64,000 nucleotides of DNA from a virus (lineage: Duplodnaviria > Caudoviricetes), in the IMG/VR virus record IMGVR_UViG_3300011858_000030, positions 21,695-85,694 of that record; one strand, 5' to 3'. The position numbers and the translations under genes were made by a program. The notes beneath the pieces were generated by a model. That model saw only the letters and a list, made by a program, of their open reading frames with translations. It was not told the DNA's origin and made no database searches. This document shows positions 45,149 through 53,767 of this stretch, piece by piece. Position 1 is the first letter of the stretch. Each line of letters starts with the position of its first letter.

Positions 45149-45582
45149 GCAAGCCTCCCGAAATAGTCGCCACGATAACGGACATCGCGAAGCTGGATGT
45201 TCTGGCTGACGACGAAAGCCTGGGTGTACTCAATCAGGCTGTTCATCCGTTTGATCCCCATCGATGAGGTGCTTTCGCGAATTGCCACCAATTCGCCCTC
45301 AAGCCCGGAGATAACCTTCCCCTGCCCGCCAGTGGCAATGGAGTGACCGGAAACCAGAATTGACTTCCATGACGGAAGCGACCACGCAGAGCCAGCCCAC
45401 TGAATGCGATGCTTTGCCAGATCGCCGCAAAGCGCGTGGAACAGTGAATTCTGAGGAAGAGTGCGCTTAGGGTCGGCAAAACTCACCACGAGCGGGAAAT
45501 CTGCGTTTACAGGCTGCTTGTTGATGTAGTCGATGAGGTTGCGGCGAACCTGCTCATCACGCAGGTAGAATTTGATACTCAT
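45145..45582 (-). CDS. NinB/YbcN-family recombination protein
   Basis: RTLPQNSLFHA and STSSMGIKRMNSLIEY motifs. Confidence 0.85.
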   Translation of the reverse strand: MSIKFYLRDEQVRRNLIDYINKQPVNADFPLVVSFADPKRTLPQNSLFHALCGDLAKHRIQWAGSAWSLPSWKSILVSGHSIATGGQGKVISGLEGELVAIRESTSSMGIKRMNSLIEYTQAFVVSQNIQLRDVRYRGDYFGRLA

Positions 45583-45759
45583 GCGCCACCTCCGAGAGGT
45601 AACGCAGAATGCAGAAAATCGCAGGTGCCGTTAAGCATCTGTGACAAGGTGAGGAGTTCAGATTGTGGTCGCATTTAAGTCCCCTTAAATGCGCAGAAGT
45701 CACCGGAGTTGTTCAGGCTCCGATGACATGATTATGGACGGTTGATTCAACAAAATCAA
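45579..45759 (-). promoter_or_regulatory. Sigma70 promoter with a two-hairpin leader and 31-aa leader ORF (IsrK-like architecture)
   Basis: TTGATT-17-CATAAT; two 10-bp stems; the second buries the RBS and ATG of ORF 45579-45674, whose stop overlaps the ninB-like start. Confidence 0.65.
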
Positions 45760-45828
45760 CGCGAGAAAAAGGCCTCCGGAGAGGCCCTGGCTGTCGATAT
45801 GGGGATTCCCATATCGCTTGTATGGCAG

Positions 45829-46071
45829 TTACACCAAATCGGGCAATTTGAAGCCTGCCATGTCTTCCGCCCGGATTGGAGGCGATAGGCAGTCAGCAAA
45901 CACCAGGGTGCCATCGAGCAAAATCACGAAACCCCACCCCATAAACAGGTTGGCACTACACCAGTCAGCCTTTAGGGGCACATCTGGCATCTTGTCTGGA
46001 AAGACTGGGTAATGCTCAGCCAGCCACTCCATTGCGTCGCAGCGATTGAGAGTATATTTGTCGTACATCAT
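45829..46071 (-). CDS. Hypothetical protein, 80 aa
   Basis: Coupled to the upstream gene; terminator at about 45767-45790. Confidence 0.65.
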   Translation of the reverse strand: MMYDKYTLNRCDAMEWLAEHYPVFPDKMPDVPLKADWCSANLFMGWGFVILLDGTLVFADCLSPPIRAEDMAGFKLPDLV

Positions 46072-46706
46072 GCCTCCTGCTGTGGTGCTGCTGGCAGAGG
46101 CATCCAGTGGGTCACTCCATAACCATCCTCAAGCGGGAACACATTCACGGTCGCATTACCTCGCCTGAATGTTGAGCCGGTAAACTGGGCATCGTGGATG
46201 CTTGGTGGAACAGTATCAGAATTGAAATTTATGAAAATAAGCACCCTATGATTCTTAGTCGGCATCCGATCACTGCACGGAATCCACCCCTGTACAGGCT
46301 CAGCACGCTGAAGAATGGCGGCGCGGCAGGCGTTCCAGCCGACAGCTTTTCCGTGTTCAAACGCGCTGTCAAAGTCATCATCCATTTCCATCGCATCAGG
46401 TACAGATACCGGCGCTGGCGGGGCGGTGTAAAACTTCGTGCCAAGCGGCAACCGTTTCATCTTGCTAGCTCCCTTAATAATTCGGTGAGTTGATGCTCCA
46501 CCGAGGTCTACCGTGCCGTCCATAACCAGTCCATCACGCTGCTCGGAAACCTCACCCACAGGCTCCGCTTCGAGCGATGCCAGCGCGATACGCAGAGCCG
46601 CCAGCGTGTTGGTTCCATCTTCGCCTAGTCCGAACGGGATTTCATCGCGGGTGGCTTCCATGCCGGCAATTTTCTGCTGCAGCCATTCTTTGGTAATAGT
46701 GCTCAT
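46068..46706 (-). CDS. Eaa-like protein with C-terminal DUF551
   Basis: GWIPCSDRMP...VTHWMPLPAAP. Confidence 0.85.
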   Translation of the reverse strand: MSTITKEWLQQKIAGMEATRDEIPFGLGEDGTNTLAALRIALASLEAEPVGEVSEQRDGLVMDGTVDLGGASTHRIIKGASKMKRLPLGTKFYTAPPAPVSVPDAMEMDDDFDSAFEHGKAVGWNACRAAILQRAEPVQGWIPCSDRMPTKNHRVLIFINFNSDTVPPSIHDAQFTGSTFRRGNATVNVFPLEDGYGVTHWMPLPAAPQQEA

Positions 46707-47140
46707 GATGCCTCTCCTTTACCGGCTGCGGCGGGGACATCGATGCCAGCAGCAGACAATGCAATGCTGAACGCCTCTTTCAAATCTGCAATCTGCTTGT
46801 CTTTGGCATCCAGCTCATCCAACATCCTACCCAGAGTTTTGGTGTGCATTTCTTCTCGCTCAAGCAATGCTGTTCCGCAATGTCGTTGCTCAAGTTCAGC
46901 AATCTCATTCAGCAGCGCCAGCATTGTTTCCGGGCTAGCTGCAGCGATATATCTCAATACGTTTTCAGACTGTTTCACTCCCCCTGCGGCTTTATTCAGA
47001 CAGTAGATAGCCTCTGCTCCGCCTACTGTGATATATCCCCGCCCTGGGGCGCTGAGGTCGCTGGTGTAGACGTACTCCCAGTCATTTTGTCCTGCACGTT
47101 CAGCCGCTTCACGTAATGCGCGTTTGTCGATGTTGCTCAC
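46703..47140 (-). CDS. Ead/Ea22-like protein
   Basis: MSNIDKRALREAAE...YIAAASPETMLALL motif. Confidence 0.85.
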   Translation of the reverse strand: MSNIDKRALREAAERAGQNDWEYVYTSDLSAPGRGYITVGGAEAIYCLNKAAGGVKQSENVLRYIAAASPETMLALLNEIAELEQRHCGTALLEREEMHTKTLGRMLDELDAKDKQIADLKEAFSIALSAAGIDVPAAAGKGEAS

Positions 47141-47415
47141 TGGGCGGCCTCCTTCTGCGCAATTTCACCCCATGTTTTCAGGCTATCCGTTTGAACAACG
47201 ACGCCAAGCAGCGCGAGAATTTCCTCAGGTGTTTCTCGTACAACTATCTTTTCGCCCGAGGTCATTTTGATGTGGCTTACTCCAGCAAACAAAAACGACT
47301 CAATATGCTCAGCCACAACAAAAACTGGCTCGTAGATTGTTTTCTCTTCCCAACCGATAATCGAATCGACCGGACGAGAAACTGTTGCCTGCTGACTCAG
47401 TTTTAAAATTTTCAT
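47137..47415 (-). CDS. Hypothetical protein, FlbD-like pattern
   Basis: Start MKILKL; HIESF..IKMTSGEKIVVRETPEEI motif. Confidence 0.65.
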   Translation of the reverse strand: MKILKLSQQATVSRPVDSIIGWEEKTIYEPVFVVAEHIESFLFAGVSHIKMTSGEKIVVRETPEEILALLGVVVQTDSLKTWGEIAQKEAAQ

Positions 47416-47711
47416 ACCCCTACCCTCCCCCAAACCATCAATACCCTTCTCATCGCCGGACTGTTCCGGCACTCCTGAAATATTCCATTGGTGCAACTGC
47501 GCGCGGTGCCGTCCTGCTCTTCCGGCGTCGCCAGGCGATAAGTCACCGTTCGCCAGACCTTGCTCACGCGCACAATCTTCCGGGCCCGCTCCAGATCGAT
47601 AGCGTTCTTCGTGATGCAGTTGATGGTCATGCCGCACTCTGTGGCCACATCCTTCGCGGTGAAGGTCCGGTGCGTTTCGAGATAACGCAGAATTGCCTGT
47701 TTGCCTTTCAT
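47412..47711 (-). CDS. Winged-helix DNA-binding protein
   Basis: ILRYLETHRTFTAKDVA..; start overlaps the helicase stop. Confidence 0.7.
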   Translation of the reverse strand: MKGKQAILRYLETHRTFTAKDVATECGMTINCITKNAIDLERARKIVRVSKVWRTVTYRLATPEEQDGTARSCTNGIFQECRNSPAMRRVLMVWGRVGV

Positions 47712-49147
47712 CAGAAGCCCCCTTTCTTTTTCGGCTGCTGCTCGCGCCCGCGGCGTTCTGCGGCGGCGGCCTGCTGGTCTGTGTCGTAAATTGCCCCGTT
47801 GATCTGATTGCAATAAACCGTACCGGTACTGCCGTGGCGGTTGAGTCGCAGGATTAACTCGGTTTCTCCAGGCGGCACGCTGTCATCGAAAGCACCTTCC
47901 CGGTGGATACCAACCCAGTAGTCGCAGTCCTGCTCAATCTGTCCTGTGTCGCGGGAATCGCTCGGTAACGGGCGTTTATTCACTCGCTTCTCCAGTTCGC
48001 GGTTGAGCTGGGTCAGCAGCACGACGACGCAGCCAAGCTCTTTGGCGAGGTTCTTCAGACCTTTGGTGATCATCCCGTAGGCCAGGTCATTACGGTCGGC
48101 CTTTTCGGCGGTCATCAGCGTCAGGTAGTCAACCAGAATCATGCCTACACAGCCCTTCTCGCGTTTGATTCGGCGGCTTTCGCTAACGATATGCGCCAGT
48201 GACAGGCCAGGAGTGTCGTCGATATACAGCATGTCTATTTCACTCAGTCGCCCGGCAGTAGCGATCGCCTTCTTAAAGTCGCCGTCGTAGTCGCCCTGGT
48301 ACTGGTCATCGGCGTCATCCGTGGCGGGCATGTAAAAAATGCTCGGGTTTATGCCGGACTTCTGACCAACCAGTTTTTCGAGGATCTGGTCACCAGGCAT
48401 TTCCAGGCTGAACATCAGCGCTGGTTTTTTCTCGCGAACCGCGCAGTTGATCGCCATCTGCCCGTACAGGGTTGTCTTGCCCATCTTTGGCCTTGCGCCA
48501 ATCACGAACAGTGAGCCTTTAACCAGACCTTTCGGCGCCAGCAGTCGGTCGAGTGACGGGATGCCGGTACTCATGCCGCGCTGTTCGCCTGAAGGGTCAA
48601 AGCGTTTCTCCAGATCTGCTACCCAGTCATCCATAACCTCGCCGAACGACCGCAACCCACGGCGACTACCGGTTTTTGAATGGTCTGCGAGCTGGGTGAA
48701 AATACCCTGAATGGCCTCGTACTTCTGCGTGGCGCTCATGCCGTTGCGGGAATACAGCAGCTCAGTAGCTTCGGTTAGGCGGTTGATACCGTAGCGCTCC
48801 ATTGCGGCTTCCCGGACTGATGCTGCGTAAGCAACGATGTTTGCAGCGCTGGGAGTGTTCTTGGCTATCTCCGCCAGGTAAGCAAAGCCACCTACCTGCT
48901 CCGCTAGCCCTTTGCCTTCGAGCGCGTCAAACAATGTCAGACCATCGACTGGCTTGTTGTCGCGAAACATCTGGCGCATCTCGGCAAATATCAGCTGGTG
49001 AGGTCGGCTGTAAAACGACTCAGGCTTGAGCATCGCCAGAACCTTCTGGACTCGCTCGCTGTTGTCATCGTCCAGCAGCAGGCCACCGATAACGCTCTGC
49101 TCTGCTTCGAGGTTATGAGGTACAGCCATGAATTCAGCGGTCATCAC
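47711..49147 (-). CDS. DnaB-family replicative helicase
   Basis: GARPKMGKTT Walker A; FSLEM, ILVDYL and LTQLNR motifs; no intein. Confidence 0.95.
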   Translation of the reverse strand: MMTAEFMAVPHNLEAEQSVIGGLLLDDDNSERVQKVLAMLKPESFYSRPHQLIFAEMRQMFRDNKPVDGLTLFDALEGKGLAEQVGGFAYLAEIAKNTPSAANIVAYAASVREAAMERYGINRLTEATELLYSRNGMSATQKYEAIQGIFTQLADHSKTGSRRGLRSFGEVMDDWVADLEKRFDPSGEQRGMSTGIPSLDRLLAPKGLVKGSLFVIGARPKMGKTTLYGQMAINCAVREKKPALMFSLEMPGDQILEKLVGQKSGINPSIFYMPATDDADDQYQGDYDGDFKKAIATAGRLSEIDMLYIDDTPGLSLAHIVSESRRIKREKGCVGMILVDYLTLMTAEKADRNDLAYGMITKGLKNLAKELGCVVVLLTQLNRELEKRVNKRPLPSDSRDTGQIEQDCDYWVGIHREGAFDDSVPPGETELILRLNRHGSTGTVYCNQINGAIYDTDQQAAAAERRGREQQPKKKGGF

Positions 49148-50039
49148 GATCCCCCTCGCGCACTTCGATGTAGAGCTTTTCGGTCAGGAACTTATCGAAT
49201 TTCATGCGGCGCCAGGTCTTCCCGGATTTCTGGTCTGGTCGGTCTTCAAGCATCCAGCGGCAGTTCTGAGCGATGTAACGCAGATAACTTCTGAAACCGT
49301 CCATGTCCATCGGCTTGCCGTCCAGGTTGCGGGCAATTTTGTTAGCCTTACCCCAGAATGTGCGGATCAGATTGCGTCGCTCATCAGTGAGGCATCTCCA
49401 TCCCCTGGCTTCAGGCAGTTCGTCTTTCAGGCATTGCCACACTTCATCGCATGACAAACGAGACTTTTTCTCTTCAGCGGGTTTCTGGTCATTTGCGACA
49501 TACTTACTACCGTTAGGTAGTAAGTTATTTAATATATTGTTATCTGTGGACACTGGCTGGACATCGGCTGGACACTCCACCCCAACAGGCATTGGTACGA
49601 CTGCGTTTGCGCTGGACACTGGCTGGACATCGGCTGGACAAAAATTTGACTGATATTCGTCATATTTGACCACTTTTAGAACAGTAAAACGGTTGTTCGA
49701 TTTGGTGGTGATCATGCCCAGGTTCTGGAATTTACGTAGCAGTGATTTAACGCGATCAGCGGTCAAACCTGTTTCCATTGCCAGCGTGTTTCGCCCGGTA
49801 ATAAACTCTCCGCGTTCGCAGATCACATCGCCAACATCAGTCGAAACCATTGTCTGTTCGTGATTAGCGCGCAGGAGCAGGTGAACCCATAAATGAGCCG
49901 CCTCAGCGTCCTTGTAGAACGGCACATCCATAATTTTACGGTGCAGCAAGGCAAACCCCTTACCGTCATTCGTGCGCGGTTTCTGGAGCCTTCTGGCCTC
50001 TCTGGCTTCGGCTAAATTGGATACGTTACCCACGGCCAC
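49134..50039 (-). CDS. Replication initiator (O-like)
   Basis: GFALLHRKI..WVHLLLRAN N-terminal domain; internal iterons. Confidence 0.9.
   Translation of the reverse strand: MAVGNVSNLAEAREARRLQKPRTNDGKGFALLHRKIMDVPFYKDAEAAHLWVHLLLRANHEQTMVSTDVGDVICERGEFITGRNTLAMETGLTADRVKSLLRKFQNLGMITTKSNNRFTVLKVVKYDEYQSNFCPADVQPVSSANAVVPMPVGVECPADVQPVSTDNNILNNLLPNGSKYVANDQKPAEEKKSRLSCDEVWQCLKDELPEARGWRCLTDERRNLIRTFWGKANKIARNLDGKPMDMDGFRSYLRYIAQNCRWMLEDRPDQKSGKTWRRMKFDKFLTEKLYIEVREGDRDDR
49502..49640. repeat. Replication origin: iterons plus AT-rich palindrome
   Basis: Identical 28-mers tggacactggctggacatcggctggaca at 49547-49574 and 49613-49640; 10-bp inverted repeat at 49502-49525. Confidence 0.85.
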
Positions 50040-50172
50040 TCTCCTTACGTTTCAGTTCTTCCAGGATGGCGCGCATCTTCTCTGCCACAATCGGATTAAC
50101 CGAGCGGATGAAGCGGTCGCGGGTTATGTTTTTATGTACAGCGGTATGGTAATAGCGTGGATTTTTTGCCAT
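50026..50172 (-). CDS. DUF2740-like small protein, 48 aa
   Basis: GGAGG RBS; TRDRFIRSVNP.VAEKMRAIL motif; between cII and O. Confidence 0.7.
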   Translation of the reverse strand: MAKNPRYYHTAVHKNITRDRFIRSVNPIVAEKMRAILEELKRKESGRG

Positions 50173-50207
50173 TATTCCTCCTGCAACTACTCTCTTTTTT
50201 GCACCTG

Positions 50208-50240
50208 AAAGCCGTTGGTGTTCCAGCACCGCGGCTTTTC
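50208..50240 (+). terminator. tO/oop-like hairpin terminator
   Basis: AAAGCCGTTGGTG-TTCCAG-CACCGCGGCTTTT between cII and O. Confidence 0.6.
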
Positions 50241-50252
50241 CCCTTTCTGCGT

Positions 50253-50474
50253 TCATGCTTCAAAATCTCCCTTCACCCCATCCCGGTTCGAAATCAGGAT
50301 GGCCAGCAGCAGCGACATGTTCGGCACCAGGTTCTCCCGCCACCGGCTTACGGTCGACTTGTTGACCCCAAGCACCTCGGCTATACGGGTGGCGCCAAAC
50401 TCGGCTATCTGGCTGTGTAACCAACTCTCGATTCGACGTGCCTCCGCTTTGTTGCGTGTCATTGATTTTTCCAT
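50253..50474 (-). CDS. cII: CII-like activator
   Basis: GATRIAEVLGVNKSTVSRW HTH and MSLLLAIL; after cro. Confidence 0.88.
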   Translation of the reverse strand: MEKSMTRNKAEARRIESWLHSQIAEFGATRIAEVLGVNKSTVSRWRENLVPNMSLLLAILISNRDGVKGDFEA

Positions 50475-50484
50475 TTGCGATAAT
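50452..50484 (+). promoter_or_regulatory. pRE-like CII-activated promoter
   Basis: TTGC-N6-TTGA, then 13 bp, then GATAAT, inside the cII 5' end and pointing at cI. Confidence 0.7.
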
Positions 50485-50511
50485 TCCTGTGATTTATGGT
50501 TAGGGCCGCCC

Positions 50512-50733
50512 TCAGGCGGCAAAAATATTCGGATACAGAACTTCACGCGGAAGCCCCGTTGCTTCTTCGTACTTGCGCATTTTTGTCACCGGCAGGGTGC
50601 CGCCACGCTTTTTGAGCATGTTGATAGCCTGCGGCGAAACGCCAACCTTCTCAGCCAGCACCTTTTGAGAACCACCGACTGCATCAATGGCTTTCTCAAG
50701 CGGCGTGCTGAACTGTGATGTTTTGTTGATCAT
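50512..50733 (-). CDS. cro: Cro-like repressor
   Basis: AIDAVGGSQKVLAEKVGVSPQAI HTH; divergent from cI. Confidence 0.88.
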   Translation of the reverse strand: MINKTSQFSTPLEKAIDAVGGSQKVLAEKVGVSPQAINMLKKRGGTLPVTKMRKYEEATGLPREVLYPNIFAA

Positions 50734-50753
50734 GATTTGCTCCGCTCATGTGT

Positions 50754-50827
50754 AATCAACACCATGTTAATTCATGATGTGGATTAAATCAACATTATGG
50801 TGATGGAAAAAATACACATGTTGTTTA
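50754..50827. promoter_or_regulatory. OR operators and pR
   Basis: Repeated AATC(A/C)ACA-N3-TG sites; minus strand TTGATT-17-TAACAT. Confidence 0.75.
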
Positions 50828-50850
50828 CCATGCATGGAGCGGAGGGTTTT

Positions 50851-51570
50851 ATGAGTAGCATTTCTGAAAGAATTAAATTTTTACTGACAAGGGAAGGCTT
50901 GAAACAGCGGGATTTAGCTGAGGCTTTATCGACCAGCCCTCAGACCGTAAACAACTGGATAAAGAGAGACGCGTTAAGTCGTGAGGCTGCGCAACAAATA
51001 TCTGAAAAGTTCGGTTATTCTCTTGACTGGTTATTAAATGGAGATGGCTCTCCAAAGAAAGATCAGGAGAGCAATATCCCGCCAGAGTCTGAGTGGGGAA
51101 CTGTCGATGCCTGGGACAAAAACACACCGCTACCTGCGGACGAGGTTGAAGTGCCTTACCTCAAGGATATTGAATTTGCATGTGGCGATGGCCGCGTTCA
51201 ATGCGAGGATCATAATGGCTTTAAGCTGAGGTTCTCCAAGTCAACACTACGCCGAGTAGGGGCAAACACCGACGGTTCTGGAGTTCTCTGCTTCCCGGCC
51301 ACAGGTGACAGCATGGAGCCGATCATTCCCGATGGCACTACGGTAGCCGTAGACACGAACAACAAGCGCATAGTTGACGGTAAGCTGTATGCCATTGGTC
51401 AGGCAGACGGCGGTAGCGGGCAGCTCAAGCGCATTAAGCAGCTATACCGGAAGCCGGGCGGCAAGCTAATCATTCGCAGCTACAACGGCGACGCATATCC
51501 GGATGAAGAAGCTGACATTGATGATGTTGAGATAATCGGTCGCATATTCTGGTACTCGGTGTTGCTGTAA
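50851..51570 (+). CDS. cI: CI repressor (HTH plus S24 peptidase)
   Basis: N-terminal HTH; ACGDG cleavage-site region, GDSMEP serine and RIKQL lysine; GGAGG RBS. Confidence 0.95.
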   Translation: MSSISERIKFLLTREGLKQRDLAEALSTSPQTVNNWIKRDALSREAAQQISEKFGYSLDWLLNGDGSPKKDQESNIPPESEWGTVDAWDKNTPLPADEVEVPYLKDIEFACGDGRVQCEDHNGFKLRFSKSTLRRVGANTDGSGVLCFPATGDSMEPIIPDGTTVAVDTNNKRIVDGKLYAIGQADGGSGQLKRIKQLYRKPGGKLIIRSYNGDAYPDEEADIDDVEIIGRIFWYSVLL

Positions 51571-51623
51571 AGACGAAGCTGCGACTGGTTTAGCAGGCGC
51601 ACTGAAATTACGCTGAGGGGATA

Positions 51624-52007
51624 ATGGAAGAATCAGATCAGGAAAAACGAGAGCGCGAGCTAATGGAGGTGCTTTGGCGAAAATTTAGAGCGCTATCACC
51701 TGAATTACTGTCTCAATTCCTAGCAGAACGAGGCGTTCCAATCGTCTCATGCCCTATATGTGGCAGTGCAGATATGGCCGTACCACAGGCCAGCGAGCAA
51801 ATTTATGACGGAGATAAGCCGACTGGAGAATGGTTTACGTATGTAAACCCATCAAAAGTAAGCTCATTTGGGTTTGAACCATTACACTCCTTGCTTCAGT
51901 ACAACTACCGCATAATTTGCAAAAATTGCGGATATGAAAACAGATTCTCTGCGCACCCAGTTCTATCGTGGCTGGAGAAGAATGACAAAAAAACTAATGC
52001 CGAGTAG
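51624..52007 (+). CDS. Zn-ribbon hypothetical protein downstream of cI
   Basis: CPICG...CKNCG; GAGGG RBS. Confidence 0.8.
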   Translation: MEESDQEKRERELMEVLWRKFRALSPELLSQFLAERGVPIVSCPICGSADMAVPQASEQIYDGDKPTGEWFTYVNPSKVSSFGFEPLHSLLQYNYRIICKNCGYENRFSAHPVLSWLEKNDKKTNAE

Positions 52008-52010
52008 ACT

Positions 52011-52340
52011 ATGAATCAGCACAAAGAAGATGCAACAGTCGTCTGGGATCGTTTTCCACAACATGGTGGCGGTAGCGGCGGAGGTGGTGAGATGGAAAGT
52101 AGAGTTGCAAGACTGGAATCCGATATTGAGTACATAAAGCGCGATGTATCTGATATTAAATCGGATATTAAGTCTATTGATTCCAGGTTAGCAACAATTG
52201 AAACAGCAATTGGCTCGCTTAAAACCACCATTAAAGCCTCCGCTGTTGTCATCACAGTGGTTTTCTCTTTTTGCGCATATATTTTTGGTAATTATGTAGC
52301 CAAAATACTTGATGCACTAAATGGGTTGGTTCTCAAGTAA
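52011..52340 (+). CDS. Coiled-coil protein with a C-terminal TM helix
   Basis: Gly linker, heptads RVARLESDIEYIKRDVSDIKSDI, TM AVVITVVFSFCAYIFG. Confidence 0.8.
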   Translation: MNQHKEDATVVWDRFPQHGGGSGGGGEMESRVARLESDIEYIKRDVSDIKSDIKSIDSRLATIETAIGSLKTTIKASAVVITVVFSFCAYIFGNYVAKILDALNGLVLK

Positions 52341-52346
52341 CCCCGG

Positions 52347-52368
52347 CCCCGGCATTGCCGGGTTTTTT
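52347..52368 (+). terminator. Terminator closing the cI operon
   Basis: CCCGGC-ATT-GCCGGG-TTTTTT. Confidence 0.75.
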
Positions 52369-52564
52369 AATTTCCTTTCCGCACTATCTCAGCAGCATCC
52401 CTGTTCACGCCCTTCCCTATCACGTTGCCAGTTTCCTTCCGGTACTGTTCAAGTTTTTCAATGATAGCCTCCTGCGTCACAGGCAGATCCGCCAGCGATA
52501 ACTCCATCACCGCGCGCCCGGCGGCATGAGCCATCATGTTCACTTTTTCTTCATCCAAGTCCAT
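52367..52564 (-). CDS. Hypothetical protein, 65 aa
   Basis: GGGAG RBS; convergent on the cI operon. Confidence 0.7.
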   Translation of the reverse strand: MDLDEEKVNMMAHAAGRAVMELSLADLPVTQEAIIEKLEQYRKETGNVIGKGVNRDAAEIVRKGN

Positions 52565-52619
52565 AACCCACTCCCTTTTTGATGTTTTTTGCAGCATATC
52601 ACTTATGCCACCAAAAAAT

Positions 52620-52706
52620 AAATCAACATAAAAATCAACAAGAAACGATTAAATCAACAAAATAAATCCACAGAGTGTTGACCTATAAATCCACATGATG
52701 TTTAAT
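52620..52706 (+). promoter_or_regulatory. OL operators and pL
   Basis: Multiple AAATC(A/C)ACA repeats; TTGACC-17-TTTAAT at 52678-52706. Confidence 0.8.
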
Positions 52707-53007
52707 TACCCCATCGAAACGAAACATCGACAGCTGAGCGAAGTTAGCCAGCGGCGGACAGCAAGTCGCCTGCTTTTTAACAACATACAAAGTCGGAACA
52801 GCACTCGGTAATCCTGTTTAGACCCCAACGTACAAATTCGGCGCAGCACCGGGCGCGATCCGGTCGGTGTGAGGCTACCCCCTCGCGAGAGCGATAAAGG
52901 CGTGGGAACGGGCAACACTGGCGGGATGAGAGGTGCGAAGCGCAAACAGATTTATTCCAGTCCATTCGAAGCTGAGTGGGCTGTGCTGAATCACAAGAGG
53001 ATTTTTT

Positions 53008-53220
53008 ATGACTCAGAAATACATTCCGGCGTGTTTAAGAGACCTTCCTAAGAATCGTCAGAAGCCACGCAAACAGGCGATTAAAGAAGCGCAAGTGGAA
53101 GTTCTGAATAAGGCAATCGCATCGATAAAAGACGATATGCGTGCGTTCAAAACAGAAGAGCAGCGTCGCGGTCATTACCAGGCGATCAGCACACTCTCAC
53201 AGATTCGTGATGAGTTGTAG
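53008..53220 (+). CDS. First pL gene, hypothetical, 70 aa
   Basis: GAGGA RBS. Confidence 0.75.
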   Translation: MTQKYIPACLRDLPKNRQKPRKQAIKEAQVEVLNKAIASIKDDMRAFKTEEQRRGHYQAISTLSQIRDEL

Positions 53221-53277
53221 CAGCTGATAGATAAAGCATTTCTCCCGCATCAGCGGGTAACTACAGAGGGCAAGAGG

Positions 53278-53607
53278 ATGAAGATTGGTGAATGCGATAA
53301 CAGTTACTTCGGGGAAGATGACACATTCAATACACAAATATCACCTAAGGCGCTTGCGGCCCTTATTCGGCAATACAAGCACTGCTGTAGGCTCTCGAAG
53401 GTAACTAGCCAAACTGCTGCTTACCGCTTATGCCCTCACAAGCTGGCTGAAGCTAAGCAGTACCAGATTCGCCGCGATCATCTGGAGTTATTTTTGAGGG
53501 TGTTGTCCGATTCAACTGCTGATTATGACGTGGAGGAAATCGACACTTACTTTGGCGGAGCTACTGATGATTGGTCGCTAATCCTCAAGGAAAGAATTTC
53601 TGACTAA
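53278..53607 (+). CDS. Hypothetical protein, 109 aa
   Basis: GAGG RBS; followed by a terminator. Confidence 0.65.
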   Translation: MKIGECDNSYFGEDDTFNTQISPKALAALIRQYKHCCRLSKVTSQTAAYRLCPHKLAEAKQYQIRRDHLELFLRVLSDSTADYDVEEIDTYFGGATDDWSLILKERISD

Positions 53608-53628
53608 CCCGCTTCGGCGGGTTTTTTA
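53606..53628 (+). terminator. tL-type terminator
   Basis: AACCCGC-TTCG-GCGGGTT-TTTT. Confidence 0.85.
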
Positions 53629-53767
53629 TCGGCCATACATAGGCAGATTTTCGAGTCTGCCCATTTATGACAACCGGCGGCCATCCTCCGCCCATTGAAA
53701 CACTGAATAAATGCGTTGAAGTCTTGTATTAACCGTTCCGTTCGCCGCGATAAGGCTAAGAGGATTT

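Noticed and set aside
47711-49147. Intein in the DnaB helicase or terminases
   Set aside because: The lengths are normal and there are no splicing motifs; only a short acidic insertion is present.
49547-49640. CRISPR-like direct repeats
   Set aside because: Only two 28-bp copies, inside the O gene and next to an AT-rich palindrome; these are replication iterons, and no cas genes are present.
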